Counted from the first letter of the stretch, positions 1-9,247 are shown. The stretch is DNA of 54,443 nucleotides from Chlamydiales bacterium (GCA_041737255.1 JBGSSB010000115.1:1-54443); one strand, 5' to 3'. Notes: generated by a model from the letters alone, not told the origin. Made by a program: numbers and translations.

Positions 1-205
1 TTTCGAAAGTTTGTACATGATCTTTATCTGTGAAATTGACATACTCTTTCATGAGTTACCCTCTGTTATTTGTTTTTTGACGAAAACCTTACTGAGGGTA
101 CACTCTTTTTATTTCAAACACAACTTCTGATCATATCTCGCTACAAGATTTGCTATAAAAGAATGTTCGAGACAACCTACTACGCTAAATCGCCCAATAC
201 CTATT

Positions 206-841
206 ATGGAGCAGCTCAATTTCGCAAAAAGACTCCGCCGCTTATTTCAAAACAAAAAGATAAAAATTTTATTAATCGCGCTCTGCATTCACCATTTATC
301 CGTTGATATTTTCTTCGAATTTGGCCCTGTATTTCTCACCATTAAATGGCTGCTAAGTCCATCGGAGCTTTCTCTTTATAACATAGTTTTGTCCGTTGCA
401 CTGACCATCGGGTGTGGCTGGGTTGCAAAGGCACTGGCCGCTCGTTATCCAGCTCGTAAAATACTTACTGGAGCTATACTCGCCTTAGCCTTTGGCTTGG
501 CGGCCCTTGTCGCGACAACCTTACCAATGTACATGCTCGCACTTTTTGCCCTTATAGGCTTTGCTATAGCGATAGCATCGACAAACCTCACTGTGCAGCT
601 CTCTAATGCCGCCCCTGACAACATCCAAGGAGAGGTCCTCGGCGTACAAACATCGCTACGTGTTTTTGGTGATGCTACAATATGCCTAGTAGGCGGAGCG
701 ATTCTTTCTTTTTCACCTAACCTCGTACTTCTTGGCGCAGCTTTTATATCGCTAGCCTCTTTAGGCTACTACCTAAAATTTTCTCAAGACATTCCAGAAC
801 AAGAAAAGATACCCCTTCCCCTCGATTCAGCAGTTGAATAG
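206..841 (+). CDS. MFS transporter, C-terminal half only (TetA/DHA1-like, about 6 TM); possibly a truncated gene
   Basis: Hydrophobic helices and the motif SNAAPDNIQGEVLGVQTSLRVFG typical of the MFS C-domain; only 211 aa; in-frame TGA upstream at about 128-130. Confidence 0.65.
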   Translation: MEQLNFAKRLRRLFQNKKIKILLIALCIHHLSVDIFFEFGPVFLTIKWLLSPSELSLYNIVLSVALTIGCGWVAKALAARYPARKILTGAILALAFGLAALVATTLPMYMLALFALIGFAIAIASTNLTVQLSNAAPDNIQGEVLGVQTSLRVFGDATICLVGGAILSFSPNLVLLGAAFISLASLGYYLKFSQDIPEQEKIPLPLDSAVE

Positions 842-885
842 TTCTGCTTACTGCGCTACATTGATAACTTTTTAGGAGATATACA

Positions 886-1182
886 ATGAGCTTTGCATCA
901 CAGCCACTAAGCCAGCACACATTTGATGGCTTTAACGGAACTGTCTCTACCATAGGATCGAACCATGTTCAATATCGAGGTATTCGCATTGCATCTATTG
1001 GCAGTGATACGGTACACCATCAAGTTGATGGAAGGATAAAGAGCATTGGCAAAAACCCTGTAAGTTATAATTCAAATGGCCAAATTACTCGAGTTGGCCC
1101 GGATGGCGTTACATACACTAACGGACGCATAACACAGATCGGCCATAAAGTTGTACACTACATCGACAGTCAAAAAATTTAA
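886..1182 (+). CDS. Small beta-repeat hypothetical protein
   Basis: AGGAG RBS before the ATG; five 14-15 aa repeats of pattern (G/R)I-x-x-IG-x3-V-x-Y. Confidence 0.7.
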   Translation: MSFASQPLSQHTFDGFNGTVSTIGSNHVQYRGIRIASIGSDTVHHQVDGRIKSIGKNPVSYNSNGQITRVGPDGVTYTNGRITQIGHKVVHYIDSQKI

Positions 1183-1194
1183 AATAGACCTACT

Positions 1195-2628
1195 ATGTTT
1201 TTTCAACGAATCTACGACGAAAATCTGGCAGCCGCTAGCTATTTAATTGGATGTCAACAAACCGGTGAGGCAATCTTAGTTGATCCCCAACGAGATATCG
1301 ACCGCTACATCTTACTTGCCGCTAAAGAGGGTCTTCGCATAACGTGCGCAGCAGAGACCCACATCCATGCAGACTTTTTATCAGGCGCACGCGAAGTAGC
1401 AGAACAGCTTGATGCTACCATTTACCTGTCTGATGAAGGCGGCCCTGACTGGACATATCAGTGGCTCAATAAAAAAAGTTCTGGGGGCACTTATAAAATC
1501 GTACTGGTAAAAGATGGCGACATCTTTACAGTGGGAAAAATTGAATTTCAGGTGATGCACACCCCTGGCCATACACCAGAACATATCTCATTTCTTATAA
1601 CCGATCGGGGATCTGGTGCAAGCCAACCCATAGGAATAGCCTCTGGTGATTTTCTTTTTGTAGGCGACCTTGGCCGGCCCGATCTACTAGAAACAGCCGC
1701 TGGGAAAGTAGGAGCAGCCGCCACCTCAGCACACTCCCTGTATCAGTCAATCCGAAAGCTAAAACAGCTTCCCGAGTTTTTGCAAGTATGGCCCGCTCAT
1801 GGATCAGGAAGCGCCTGCGGCAAGGCCCTGGGAGCAATCCCAATGTCTACAATAGGCTATGAAACTCGCTTTAATCCGGCGCTGCTCTCGGCGACAAGTG
1901 AAGATGCATTTGTTACATACATTTTAGCAGATCAGCCAGAGCCTCCTTTATATTTTTCCAGGATGAAAAAAGAAAACAGACTTGGCCCAAAAATACTTGG
2001 ATCGCTCCCAACCCCAAAAAACCTTGATATAGCCGAGCTCAAAAAAATCGACGCAAAAAACGAGCTTCTCATAGACACCAGATCATGGCCAGAGTTTCGC
2101 TCGGGCCACATTGCTGGCTCACTTTTTCACCCGTTCAATCGCAATTTTGTTACCGATATAGGGGCTATGGCTCTAGAAAGCACTAACATCTACCTCATCT
2201 GTACAGCTACTCAACTCAATGAAATTATCAGAAACTTAATAAGAATTGGACTTGATACAATAAAAGGGTGGATTGACCCTACCTCACTTAGTGAATACAT
2301 AAAAACAGGCGGTAAGCTTGTTACGACAAAAGAAGAATCCCCTGAAGAAATCCAAAAACTGATCAAATCAGATGCTGTACATCTTCTTGACGTCAGAGGC
2401 CAATCAGAATATAAGACTGGGCACATCCAAGGTGCACAAAATATCGCCCATACGCGTATTGGAGCAAAGCTCTCTGAACTTCCAAAAGATAAACCACTAG
2501 TAGTTCATTGCCAAAGCGGCACTCGTGCATCATATACGTGTGCTTTATTACAAAGAGCTGGATTTGATGTTATAAATCTGCGAGGAGGTATAGTCGAATG
2601 GAAAAAAGCAGGCCTTACATTGCTGTAA
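1195..2628 (+). CDS. MBL-fold persulfide dioxygenase / rhodanese fusion (CstB/Blh-like)
   Basis: THIHADF, HTPGHTPEH, GDFLFVGDLGRPDL, PAHGSGSACG; two rhodanese domains, C-terminal active loop HCQSGTR. Confidence 0.9.
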   Translation: MFFQRIYDENLAAASYLIGCQQTGEAILVDPQRDIDRYILLAAKEGLRITCAAETHIHADFLSGAREVAEQLDATIYLSDEGGPDWTYQWLNKKSSGGTYKIVLVKDGDIFTVGKIEFQVMHTPGHTPEHISFLITDRGSGASQPIGIASGDFLFVGDLGRPDLLETAAGKVGAAATSAHSLYQSIRKLKQLPEFLQVWPAHGSGSACGKALGAIPMSTIGYETRFNPALLSATSEDAFVTYILADQPEPPLYFSRMKKENRLGPKILGSLPTPKNLDIAELKKIDAKNELLIDTRSWPEFRSGHIAGSLFHPFNRNFVTDIGAMALESTNIYLICTATQLNEIIRNLIRIGLDTIKGWIDPTSLSEYIKTGGKLVTTKEESPEEIQKLIKSDAVHLLDVRGQSEYKTGHIQGAQNIAHTRIGAKLSELPKDKPLVVHCQSGTRASYTCALLQRAGFDVINLRGGIVEWKKAGLTLL

Positions 2629-2638
2629 GGCTCTGGTT
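2560..2638 (+). repeat. 79-bp direct repeat, copy 1 (3' end of the MBL-rhodanese gene plus hairpin)
   Basis: GGATTTGATGTTATAAATCTG...GTAAGGCTCTGGTT, identical to 4064-4142 except one base. Confidence 0.95.
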
Positions 2639-3836
2639 AGTAAAGAAATCCAAAATAAAAAAGCGGAATCTCACCTTCAAATGGTATTAAGATATCGTCT
2701 TTAACTACGTATGAAGCACCTTTTGCATTACGAAGTTGCTTACGCCCTTTACTTTTTCCGCCTATTTCAAACACAGCCTTTTCTGTACAAAAGTCGCCCG
2801 TATTCGAGAAATAGACCTCATGCCCCGCATCTTGCATAGCCTGAACAAAAAACAGCTCACGCTCAGTACCTTTGTTAACTTCATGACCATGATACTGCCT
2901 TAGCGTATGCATAAGAGTGGTATTGCTTAAGAAAATTTTCTGTGGCTTACGTAAAGTCTTTGAACCTCCACCATAGGGATGCAAAAAGCGTACCAACCCG
3001 GCTGATTTTAGAATCATCAAATAATGTTCAGCCGTTTTATCGTCGATTCCCAGGTTATTTCCAATATTATGAACGTTAATTTCACCAGGAGGAATTGAAC
3101 CAAGATATGTGAGTAATCTTTTGAACTGATAAAGATTTTGCGCCTTTAATTGATAAAAGTTCGCAATGTCTTCATGAATGGATTTATCAATTATTCTTGT
3201 AAGTTTTTCATAATAGGAGTGCACATCTTCAAATACAAACGGATAACATCCATGTGCTAAGTACTGCTTGAATAGAGGAAGCACTTGGGGTATAGATGAC
3301 AAGGCATTTTGATGGGTAAAAAGGTCATCAATCGACAAAGGAGCATGATTTTGGTTCGTCACAAAATTTATATACTCTCTAAACGACATCCCATGTAAAT
3401 GATACAGTTTAGCCCGCCTCGAAAGATCGCCACTTCCCTCTACCAAGTCGAGCATAGAACTTCCGGAAAAAACAATTTTTAGTTTCGGAAAGGCATCGTA
3501 AAGATTTTTGAGTTCCACACTCCATTGGCGATATTTGTGGACCTCATCTATAAATATAATTTTATATCCCTTCACTTGATGAAGATCTGCAACAAATTCG
3601 AGCAAAGAAGATTCTTGAAAGTAAATGAGATCCGCTGAGAAGTAAAAGGCTTTTTCACTTGCGTCTAGATTATTCTTGATATACTGCAAGATAAGTGTAG
3701 TTTTACCTACGCCTCGCGGCCCAATCAAGCCAGTAAGTCGATTATTTATATCAAAAGAAGGGTACAGATAACGAGTATGAGTTATTGATAGCTCATTGAT
3801 CAGACGGTGAAAAGTTTCATAGATAAACCGTATCAT
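2637..3836 (-). CDS. AAA+ ATPase (AAA_14 + DUF4143-like, wHTH / PD-(D/E)xK tail)
   Basis: Walker A GPRGVGKT, Walker B IFIDEVH, SGSS, C-terminal FEIGGK; ATG at 3836 preferred over the TTG at 3902. Confidence 0.85.
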   Translation of the reverse strand: MIRFIYETFHRLINELSITHTRYLYPSFDINNRLTGLIGPRGVGKTTLILQYIKNNLDASEKAFYFSADLIYFQESSLLEFVADLHQVKGYKIIFIDEVHKYRQWSVELKNLYDAFPKLKIVFSGSSMLDLVEGSGDLSRRAKLYHLHGMSFREYINFVTNQNHAPLSIDDLFTHQNALSSIPQVLPLFKQYLAHGCYPFVFEDVHSYYEKLTRIIDKSIHEDIANFYQLKAQNLYQFKRLLTYLGSIPPGEINVHNIGNNLGIDDKTAEHYLMILKSAGLVRFLHPYGGGSKTLRKPQKIFLSNTTLMHTLRQYHGHEVNKGTERELFFVQAMQDAGHEVYFSNTGDFCTEKAVFEIGGKSKGRKQLRNAKGASYVVKDDILIPFEGEIPLFYFGFLY

Positions 3837-3838
3837 TC

Positions 3839-3885
3839 GGAGTACACTCCAGGAATTTGCCTGTTTTTTTGGAGTATACTCCAAA
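3839..3885. promoter_or_regulatory. Two operator-like palindromes upstream of the AAA ATPase
   Basis: GGAGTACACTCC (3839-3850) and perfect TTTGGAGTATACTCCAAA (3868-3885). Confidence 0.5.
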
Positions 3886-3920
3886 TTCCACGCTATTTGC
3901 AAGAGCTAAAAAGAGCCCAC

Positions 3921-4037
3921 CCCAGTAACGTCAACTTAAGCTCCCCCCCCTGGCAGAGATCTGATACAAAATGCTTACTTTGAGCCTTAGCGGCGCGTCC
4001 TTAGTAATACAGATTTCCTTAAGTTGACGCCATTGAG
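3921..4037. mobile_element. MITE-like element with terminal inverted repeats
   Basis: Perfect 12-bp IR CGTCAACTTAAG (3929-3940) / CTTAAGTTGACG (4018-4029), extendable to 16/20; non-coding interior. Confidence 0.5.
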
Positions 4038-4063
4038 CTCTCGCCAGGCTGCGAAAAGGGGCG

Positions 4064-4142
4064 GGATTTGATGTTATAAATCTGCGAGGCGGTATAGTCG
4101 AATGGAAAAAAGCAGGCCTTACATTGCTGTAAGGCTCTGGTT
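4064..4142 (+). repeat. 79-bp direct repeat, copy 2
   Basis: Matches 2560-2638 with one mismatch (GGAGGT vs GGCGGT). Confidence 0.95.
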
Positions 4143-4144
4143 TT

Positions 4145-5350
4145 TTATTCTACAACTAGAGCATCTCTAGCCGTTTTGCTTTTTTCGTAGCAAATGATTG
4201 TAGTGAACACGACAACGATTACCCCTGATACCACATAAACGATAGGGTATATCGTGGCATCATAAAGGTAGCTTGAAATGCCTACAACAACAGCCGTTAT
4301 CAAAAGCCTTGCACTTGTTAAAAAGCTTGCTGTTATCCCCTTTATGTCTGGGAACAGTTCCATCCCCTCAGGGAAGTAAAGCCCCTGCACCCAGTTAACG
4401 CCAAAACTATAGAGCATCATAGGAAAAGTAAGTAAATAGGGGTTAGTAGGTGCCACAACCGCTGCTGCAACGAACAGAACACCCCCTAGTAAAAAGAGGA
4501 CAATCCCTATAACCTTTACCCTAAAACTACCCCAGTAGTTGATAGCCCGACTATATATTAAACTTGCAAAGACCCACGATCCAAGCAGTGCTGCTTGAAA
4601 AGCCGGAAGCATAGTTTTGCTTACGCCATACTCAAGGATAAAAAGCACCGATATACAGGATAAAAATGCCAAATACCCAGCAAAAACAAGGCTCACAACA
4701 GCTGTCGTCTGCCAAAACGGAATGCTCAGAGAAACCGTTTTAAAATTCCTAAGTACACTTTTTAATTTAAAGGGCACCCTTTTATCTTGATCAAGCGTTT
4801 CATCTAAATAGACCAAACATACGGCAAGGCTTAACAGCACACATATAGTGATGGCCAAAAAGTTTGCCCGAAACCCATACGCATAGTTGAGATAGCCCCC
4901 CAAAATTGGCGCGCCTGCCATAATCAACGGAACTATGGAATTAAGCCTCGTTATAGCAAGAACCGCCTGCTTTTCCTTGAAGGCATCAAAAATAATGGCC
5001 GTACCTAGCGTAAAGCAGCCCCCGCTTCCTAGACCTTGAAGTACTCTACCCCAGAGCATAAGCTCAAAACTATCAGCAAATAGCGTAAGTAGGCTGCCGG
5101 CTAAAAATATTCCCAATGCACACAGCAAGGGTTTTTTTCTTCCAAAGGCATCTGATAATGGCCCATAAAATGGCCCAGATAGGCAAATACCAACAAAGTT
5201 CCAGGTGAGAAGCCCCTGAATTTTATCTTCCGATATTGAAAAATAGGTCATCATATCCGTAAATGTTGGCAGATAGATGTCTGTTTCAATGCAAGCTGCA
5301 ATAAACGTAACCGTAATGAGCAGCAGATATTTCCACTCTCTTGTTAACAT
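4145..5350 (-). CDS. Bcr/CflA-family MFS multidrug efflux transporter
   Basis: DIYLP motif, GPLSDAFGRK motif A, GRVLQGLG; 401 aa, about 12 TM. Confidence 0.9.
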   Translation of the reverse strand: MLTREWKYLLLITVTFIAACIETDIYLPTFTDMMTYFSISEDKIQGLLTWNFVGICLSGPFYGPLSDAFGRKKPLLCALGIFLAGSLLTLFADSFELMLWGRVLQGLGSGGCFTLGTAIIFDAFKEKQAVLAITRLNSIVPLIMAGAPILGGYLNYAYGFRANFLAITICVLLSLAVCLVYLDETLDQDKRVPFKLKSVLRNFKTVSLSIPFWQTTAVVSLVFAGYLAFLSCISVLFILEYGVSKTMLPAFQAALLGSWVFASLIYSRAINYWGSFRVKVIGIVLFLLGGVLFVAAAVVAPTNPYLLTFPMMLYSFGVNWVQGLYFPEGMELFPDIKGITASFLTSARLLITAVVVGISSYLYDATIYPIVYVVSGVIVVVFTTIICYEKSKTARDALVVE

Positions 5351-5605
5351 AAAAATTTCCTAAAAATAACGTTGTGCTAAAGCGACAAGACGCCGCATTC
5401 CAGAGTCAAGCAGGCCCTGAATTCAAATTGTATTTATATTTGCGAATGATGAGTTAGACAGTAGCTAACTAACGCGGGGTAAAAAATAGAAAGGGGTTGT
5501 CATGTCTACACCTTTAGGTAAGAATAGATAAAGTGTACTACAATTAATTGATTTCGAGCAATAACTTTTTAATAACATCTGAATCATAGAACGTATAGGC
5601 AAAAC

Positions 5606-5631
5606 AAAAAAGGGGCTAAAGCCCCTTTTTT
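5606..5631. terminator. Intrinsic terminator (bidirectional form)
   Basis: AAAAAAGGGGC-TAAA-GCCCCTTTTTT, directly after the stop of 5640..7031(-). Confidence 0.85.
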
Positions 5632-5639
5632 GTAAGGTG

Positions 5640-7031
5640 CTATTTTTTACACTCGCACTTTTTAAAGTATGATTTTGGTATTTGATTATACCCTACGTTA
5701 AATTTACCGTTAGATTTTTTAAAATCTTTATACGACTGAGCAAACACCGCGGTGTTGCCGTAGTTTGGAAAAGGATCCATCCCCGGAACCGGATTAAAAC
5801 GGTCGCTTCCCGTGTTCTCAATGTCATTTGTTTGATTTTTTATCCAGATTCTACCTGGCACTGTAGCAAAGTTCGCACGATGCAGCGACACCTTTGTATT
5901 ACTACCTGGAGCTAAAACCTCTGCACTCAGGGCATTTGCAGGTAATGTCTCATAGGCACTGCCGCCTAAAACATCAATATCACGAAGATACCAATCTAGA
6001 TATCCAGGGTATTCAAAAATGAATTCGAAGTAAGGAGGAATCGACGAAGGAATTTCATAAGCCTCCAATTGTTCAAACGTTGGCTCAACAATTTCTACAG
6101 CAATGCAGTTGCTTGCGCTAGAGCCATAATTATTGCCATGGCGATGGCCTCCCCAAACAGCCATTCCGATAAAATGATTAACAAATCGGTCTTTATAAGA
6201 CTTCCAGTTTACCTTAGCTAAGTTGCCGCCAAGAGGAGCTGGGTTGGCTGGATCTTCAGTGCCACCGGTGAGAATAAGGCTATAGTTCCAAGCCTCGAAA
6301 AACAGATTATCTTCCGATAGGCCATTCACAACACCATAATTACCAAGAACCTGCCCTATTGAGTTTATTGCATTATCACAATATCTAAACTCATTTCGTT
6401 TAACGATTGCATCAATCGACACATCAGTCGATTCAGTAGGCCCATTTACCACAAAAAGAGCACCCGCCGATCCCTCAACATAATTATCACAAAATTTAAA
6501 CTTTAGGTGAGCAGACTGGCCAAATTGCCCACCAGTAGTCAACATAGCAACACTTGAAAACCCAGTTTGCCAGCCGCTAACAAAACGACACTTCCTGATA
6601 GTTACCGTATAATCATAAAGCTCTGATGTAAAAGGAGCTAACCCGATGTAGGCGATTGCCGAAGGCTGATCAAAGTCTGCAAAATCAAACCCTGTAAATT
6701 CAATATTTTTCATCGAAATTTTTCCGGCAAGTGAAAACCCTGGAAGACCTCCAAAGTCACTCGCAAAAGCATCAACGATAAATCGCACACCATTGCCTGA
6801 TCCAACACAGCCCTTGCCCTCTACTTTAACATTCTCTAAATACATTGGCTCTGTAACGAGATACTCACCCGGCTCTACATAAATTTTATGCGCTCCAGCT
6901 TGCAGAGCTGATGAAAACTGCTCTATTGTAGAGACGGTAACAGCCTGTTCTGCATGTAGCTGCCCACTCGTCACTGCCGCTAAAAGTAATACACTCCCCC
7001 ATAACCACGAAATTTTCTTTGCTAACATCAC
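5640..7031 (-). CDS. Secreted protein, probable parallel beta-helix (pectin-lyase-like) fold
   Basis: Signal peptide ending LHA; 'IYVEPGEY' cap and repeated (I/F)xxNxF turns; C-terminus KKCECKK. Confidence 0.65.
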   Translation of the reverse strand: MMLAKKISWLWGSVLLLAAVTSGQLHAEQAVTVSTIEQFSSALQAGAHKIYVEPGEYLVTEPMYLENVKVEGKGCVGSGNGVRFIVDAFASDFGGLPGFSLAGKISMKNIEFTGFDFADFDQPSAIAYIGLAPFTSELYDYTVTIRKCRFVSGWQTGFSSVAMLTTGGQFGQSAHLKFKFCDNYVEGSAGALFVVNGPTESTDVSIDAIVKRNEFRYCDNAINSIGQVLGNYGVVNGLSEDNLFFEAWNYSLILTGGTEDPANPAPLGGNLAKVNWKSYKDRFVNHFIGMAVWGGHRHGNNYGSSASNCIAVEIVEPTFEQLEAYEIPSSIPPYFEFIFEYPGYLDWYLRDIDVLGGSAYETLPANALSAEVLAPGSNTKVSLHRANFATVPGRIWIKNQTNDIENTGSDRFNPVPGMDPFPNYGNTAVFAQSYKDFKKSNGKFNVGYNQIPKSYFKKCECKK

Positions 7032-7143
7032 ACCCTCATTTTTGAAATTTCTCTGTATAAGTTACCCTATATACCCATAAACACTTTGCACGCAATCCAT
7101 TATCTAATACTTCCTCGCTCGCGCTCCTTATGCATATTTTTCC

Positions 7144-7171
7144 TTGCAAATAGCTAAAAAACCCTTATAAT
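7144..7171 (+). promoter_or_regulatory. Sigma70/sigma66-type promoter
   Basis: TTGCAA-N16-TATAAT upstream of the kinase gene. Confidence 0.5.
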
Positions 7172-7204
7172 CGCTAACAACCCCCCACACACATCTCATT
7201 ACGA

Positions 7205-8611
7205 ATGTCTCTTGTAAATCAAATAGCAGCAACCTCTACAGAATTCTTAGCTACGGCACTTACAAAGTGGCAAAGCACGGCGAGCACCTACGGCATGACA
7301 CGTGAAGAAATAAACCAACAAAATCGCGTTATTACCCAACATGTTAAGGCCAGACTTGAAGAGAGATCAGATACCAATCAAACCTTTTATCTAAAAAGAA
7401 ATCCAAAAGATAGAGATGGACCTTCTCGAGCTGTTGAATTTTTTTTTAAAAACAAAACCATTACAGTTATCACTCATCTTAAGCAAAAGGGCGATCAACA
7501 GCCACTCGGAATAGGGTTTCACGCCGTGGTAAAAAGATCTATCGTCTCCTTACAGCTTGATATGTCTGATGCTGCTTTAAGAGAAAAAACACTACTACCT
7601 GGTGCACTCATAGCTGACAAAGTTCCCAAAAAAAAAGCCCCCACAGAAAAAAATATAGATGCTTTTGTTCACGAAAGCACATTTACTGCTCTATTTGATA
7701 ATGCAACGAATATACGTCAATTAGTTGCTGGCATTAACGATCGAGATTCTAAATTGGGGATTTTATTAGTTGGAACAAAAACCACACTTAAAGAATGTTT
7801 TAGCACATCTGGTTCGTTCACAAGAAATCAAAAAATTAAGGTTGCGAAAGATCTTGTCAACGGCTTACTTGAAATGCAAGCTAAAAATGTCGTCCATAGA
7901 GACCTTCATATGAAAAACTGCGGACTCTCTTATGATAATGTGTGGATGATACAGGATTTTGGCCTTGCTCGCTATGAAGGAGATGCAATAGACCTAGATG
8001 CTTCACTTAACTTTAACGTAGCCTCTCCCCACCTCATTATAAACAAACTTAACGGTATACAAAGCATTGCTCGCATCTGCGATGATGGCTGGGCATTAGG
8101 GTTAATTCTTTACGAAATTGAATTTGAGAGGCCACCCCAATTTATAGAAAATTTAAGAATTGTCAACCTTCTGCAGGCTCTAAAGCTTCGCCATAAACTC
8201 TTAGTAAAAATTGATCAACTAAATGCAAAAACACAAGAGACCATCTTGAACTGGGATGGCAAAGCCTCCCTTTTACTCGATAGCAAAGAAAAAACCCTCG
8301 CTGAAGAATACTATGCAAAAAATAAGAATCTCTTTGAGCAATATAAATTATACAAGTCAGATGTTGGTGCCTTTATGACATCCTTAGAGAAAGCGGACGA
8401 AGATATTCTTTTAAAAGAGCTCATTCTTGACCTCCTTAAAGGCAATACCCCACACTACTCATGCTCAAAGCTGGAAGTAGACAGTAGTTATGAAGAAAAT
8501 TTTTACTGCAATCTTCTTCCTACAGAAGCTATAAAAGAGCCTTTATACCCTTATGGGTATGTAACAGCCGAAGAGCTACAAACACCTTTATATAAATACC
8601 TATCAATATAA
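7205..8611 (+). CDS. Eukaryotic-like Ser/Thr protein kinase, putative effector
   Basis: GIGFHAVV Gly-loop, IADK Lys, HRDLHMKN catalytic loop, DFG, DGWALG. Confidence 0.85.
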   Translation: MSLVNQIAATSTEFLATALTKWQSTASTYGMTREEINQQNRVITQHVKARLEERSDTNQTFYLKRNPKDRDGPSRAVEFFFKNKTITVITHLKQKGDQQPLGIGFHAVVKRSIVSLQLDMSDAALREKTLLPGALIADKVPKKKAPTEKNIDAFVHESTFTALFDNATNIRQLVAGINDRDSKLGILLVGTKTTLKECFSTSGSFTRNQKIKVAKDLVNGLLEMQAKNVVHRDLHMKNCGLSYDNVWMIQDFGLARYEGDAIDLDASLNFNVASPHLIINKLNGIQSIARICDDGWALGLILYEIEFERPPQFIENLRIVNLLQALKLRHKLLVKIDQLNAKTQETILNWDGKASLLLDSKEKTLAEEYYAKNKNLFEQYKLYKSDVGAFMTSLEKADEDILLKELILDLLKGNTPHYSCSKLEVDSSYEENFYCNLLPTEAIKEPLYPYGYVTAEELQTPLYKYLSI

Positions 8612-8708
8612 GTATTTTGCCCACAGTATTTGATTTTGTTGTTGTGGACAATAATCAAGTTTATCTAGAATTATTACGTTAATTTATATAAACAATAATT
8701 AATTAGAG

Positions 8709-9236
8709 TTGATTATGACAATACCTTCAACAACTGATTCCACTTTTTTACCAGCACAAACTACAGGCACAAGACCCAAAAAACGCATACGCTCATCTGA
8801 CAAAAAACACTCCGCAATGGCCACCCAAATTATCTCACAAGAAAATCACGTAGACACTCAAAAACAAAAAAAAGCAAAGCAGCCATACCCCTTTACTCCA
8901 ACAAAAGACGAGGCTTGGACACAGGTGCCAGTAAGCTTTAACTGGTTTGAAAAACAGCTCTACAACGCTACTCTTTTTCCTGCGATGCGGATCTTTGTAC
9001 AACCTCAAGTAAGCGAAGAAACCTGGACGATCCTGGCAACACTTGAACTTGACAACCTACAATCAGTTGGCGACATTGAACTATTAGCCATTAGCATTTT
9101 AAAGAAATCAATGACAAGCTCTGATGAAAGAAAAGAAGAAATCCACACGAAGCTTAAAACCACCTTAAAAATCTACGCCGAAAAAGGCCTCTGCGGAGCC
9201 TCAATGCCGATAATAGATTTTATTAAAAACCCTTAA
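8709..9236 (+). CDS. Hypothetical protein with S/T-rich N-terminus and NLS-like basic clusters
   Basis: 175-aa ORF (true start may be ATG 8715); RPKKRIR and KQKKAK. Confidence 0.65.
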   Translation: MIMTIPSTTDSTFLPAQTTGTRPKKRIRSSDKKHSAMATQIISQENHVDTQKQKKAKQPYPFTPTKDEAWTQVPVSFNWFEKQLYNATLFPAMRIFVQPQVSEETWTILATLELDNLQSVGDIELLAISILKKSMTSSDERKEEIHTKLKTTLKIYAEKGLCGASMPIIDFIKNP

Positions 9237-9247
9237 CAGAGCCCCCA

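Noticed and set aside
3943-3950. C8 homopolymer as a phase-variation tract
   Set aside because: Lies inside the non-coding MITE-like element, not in a CDS or recognisable promoter spacer
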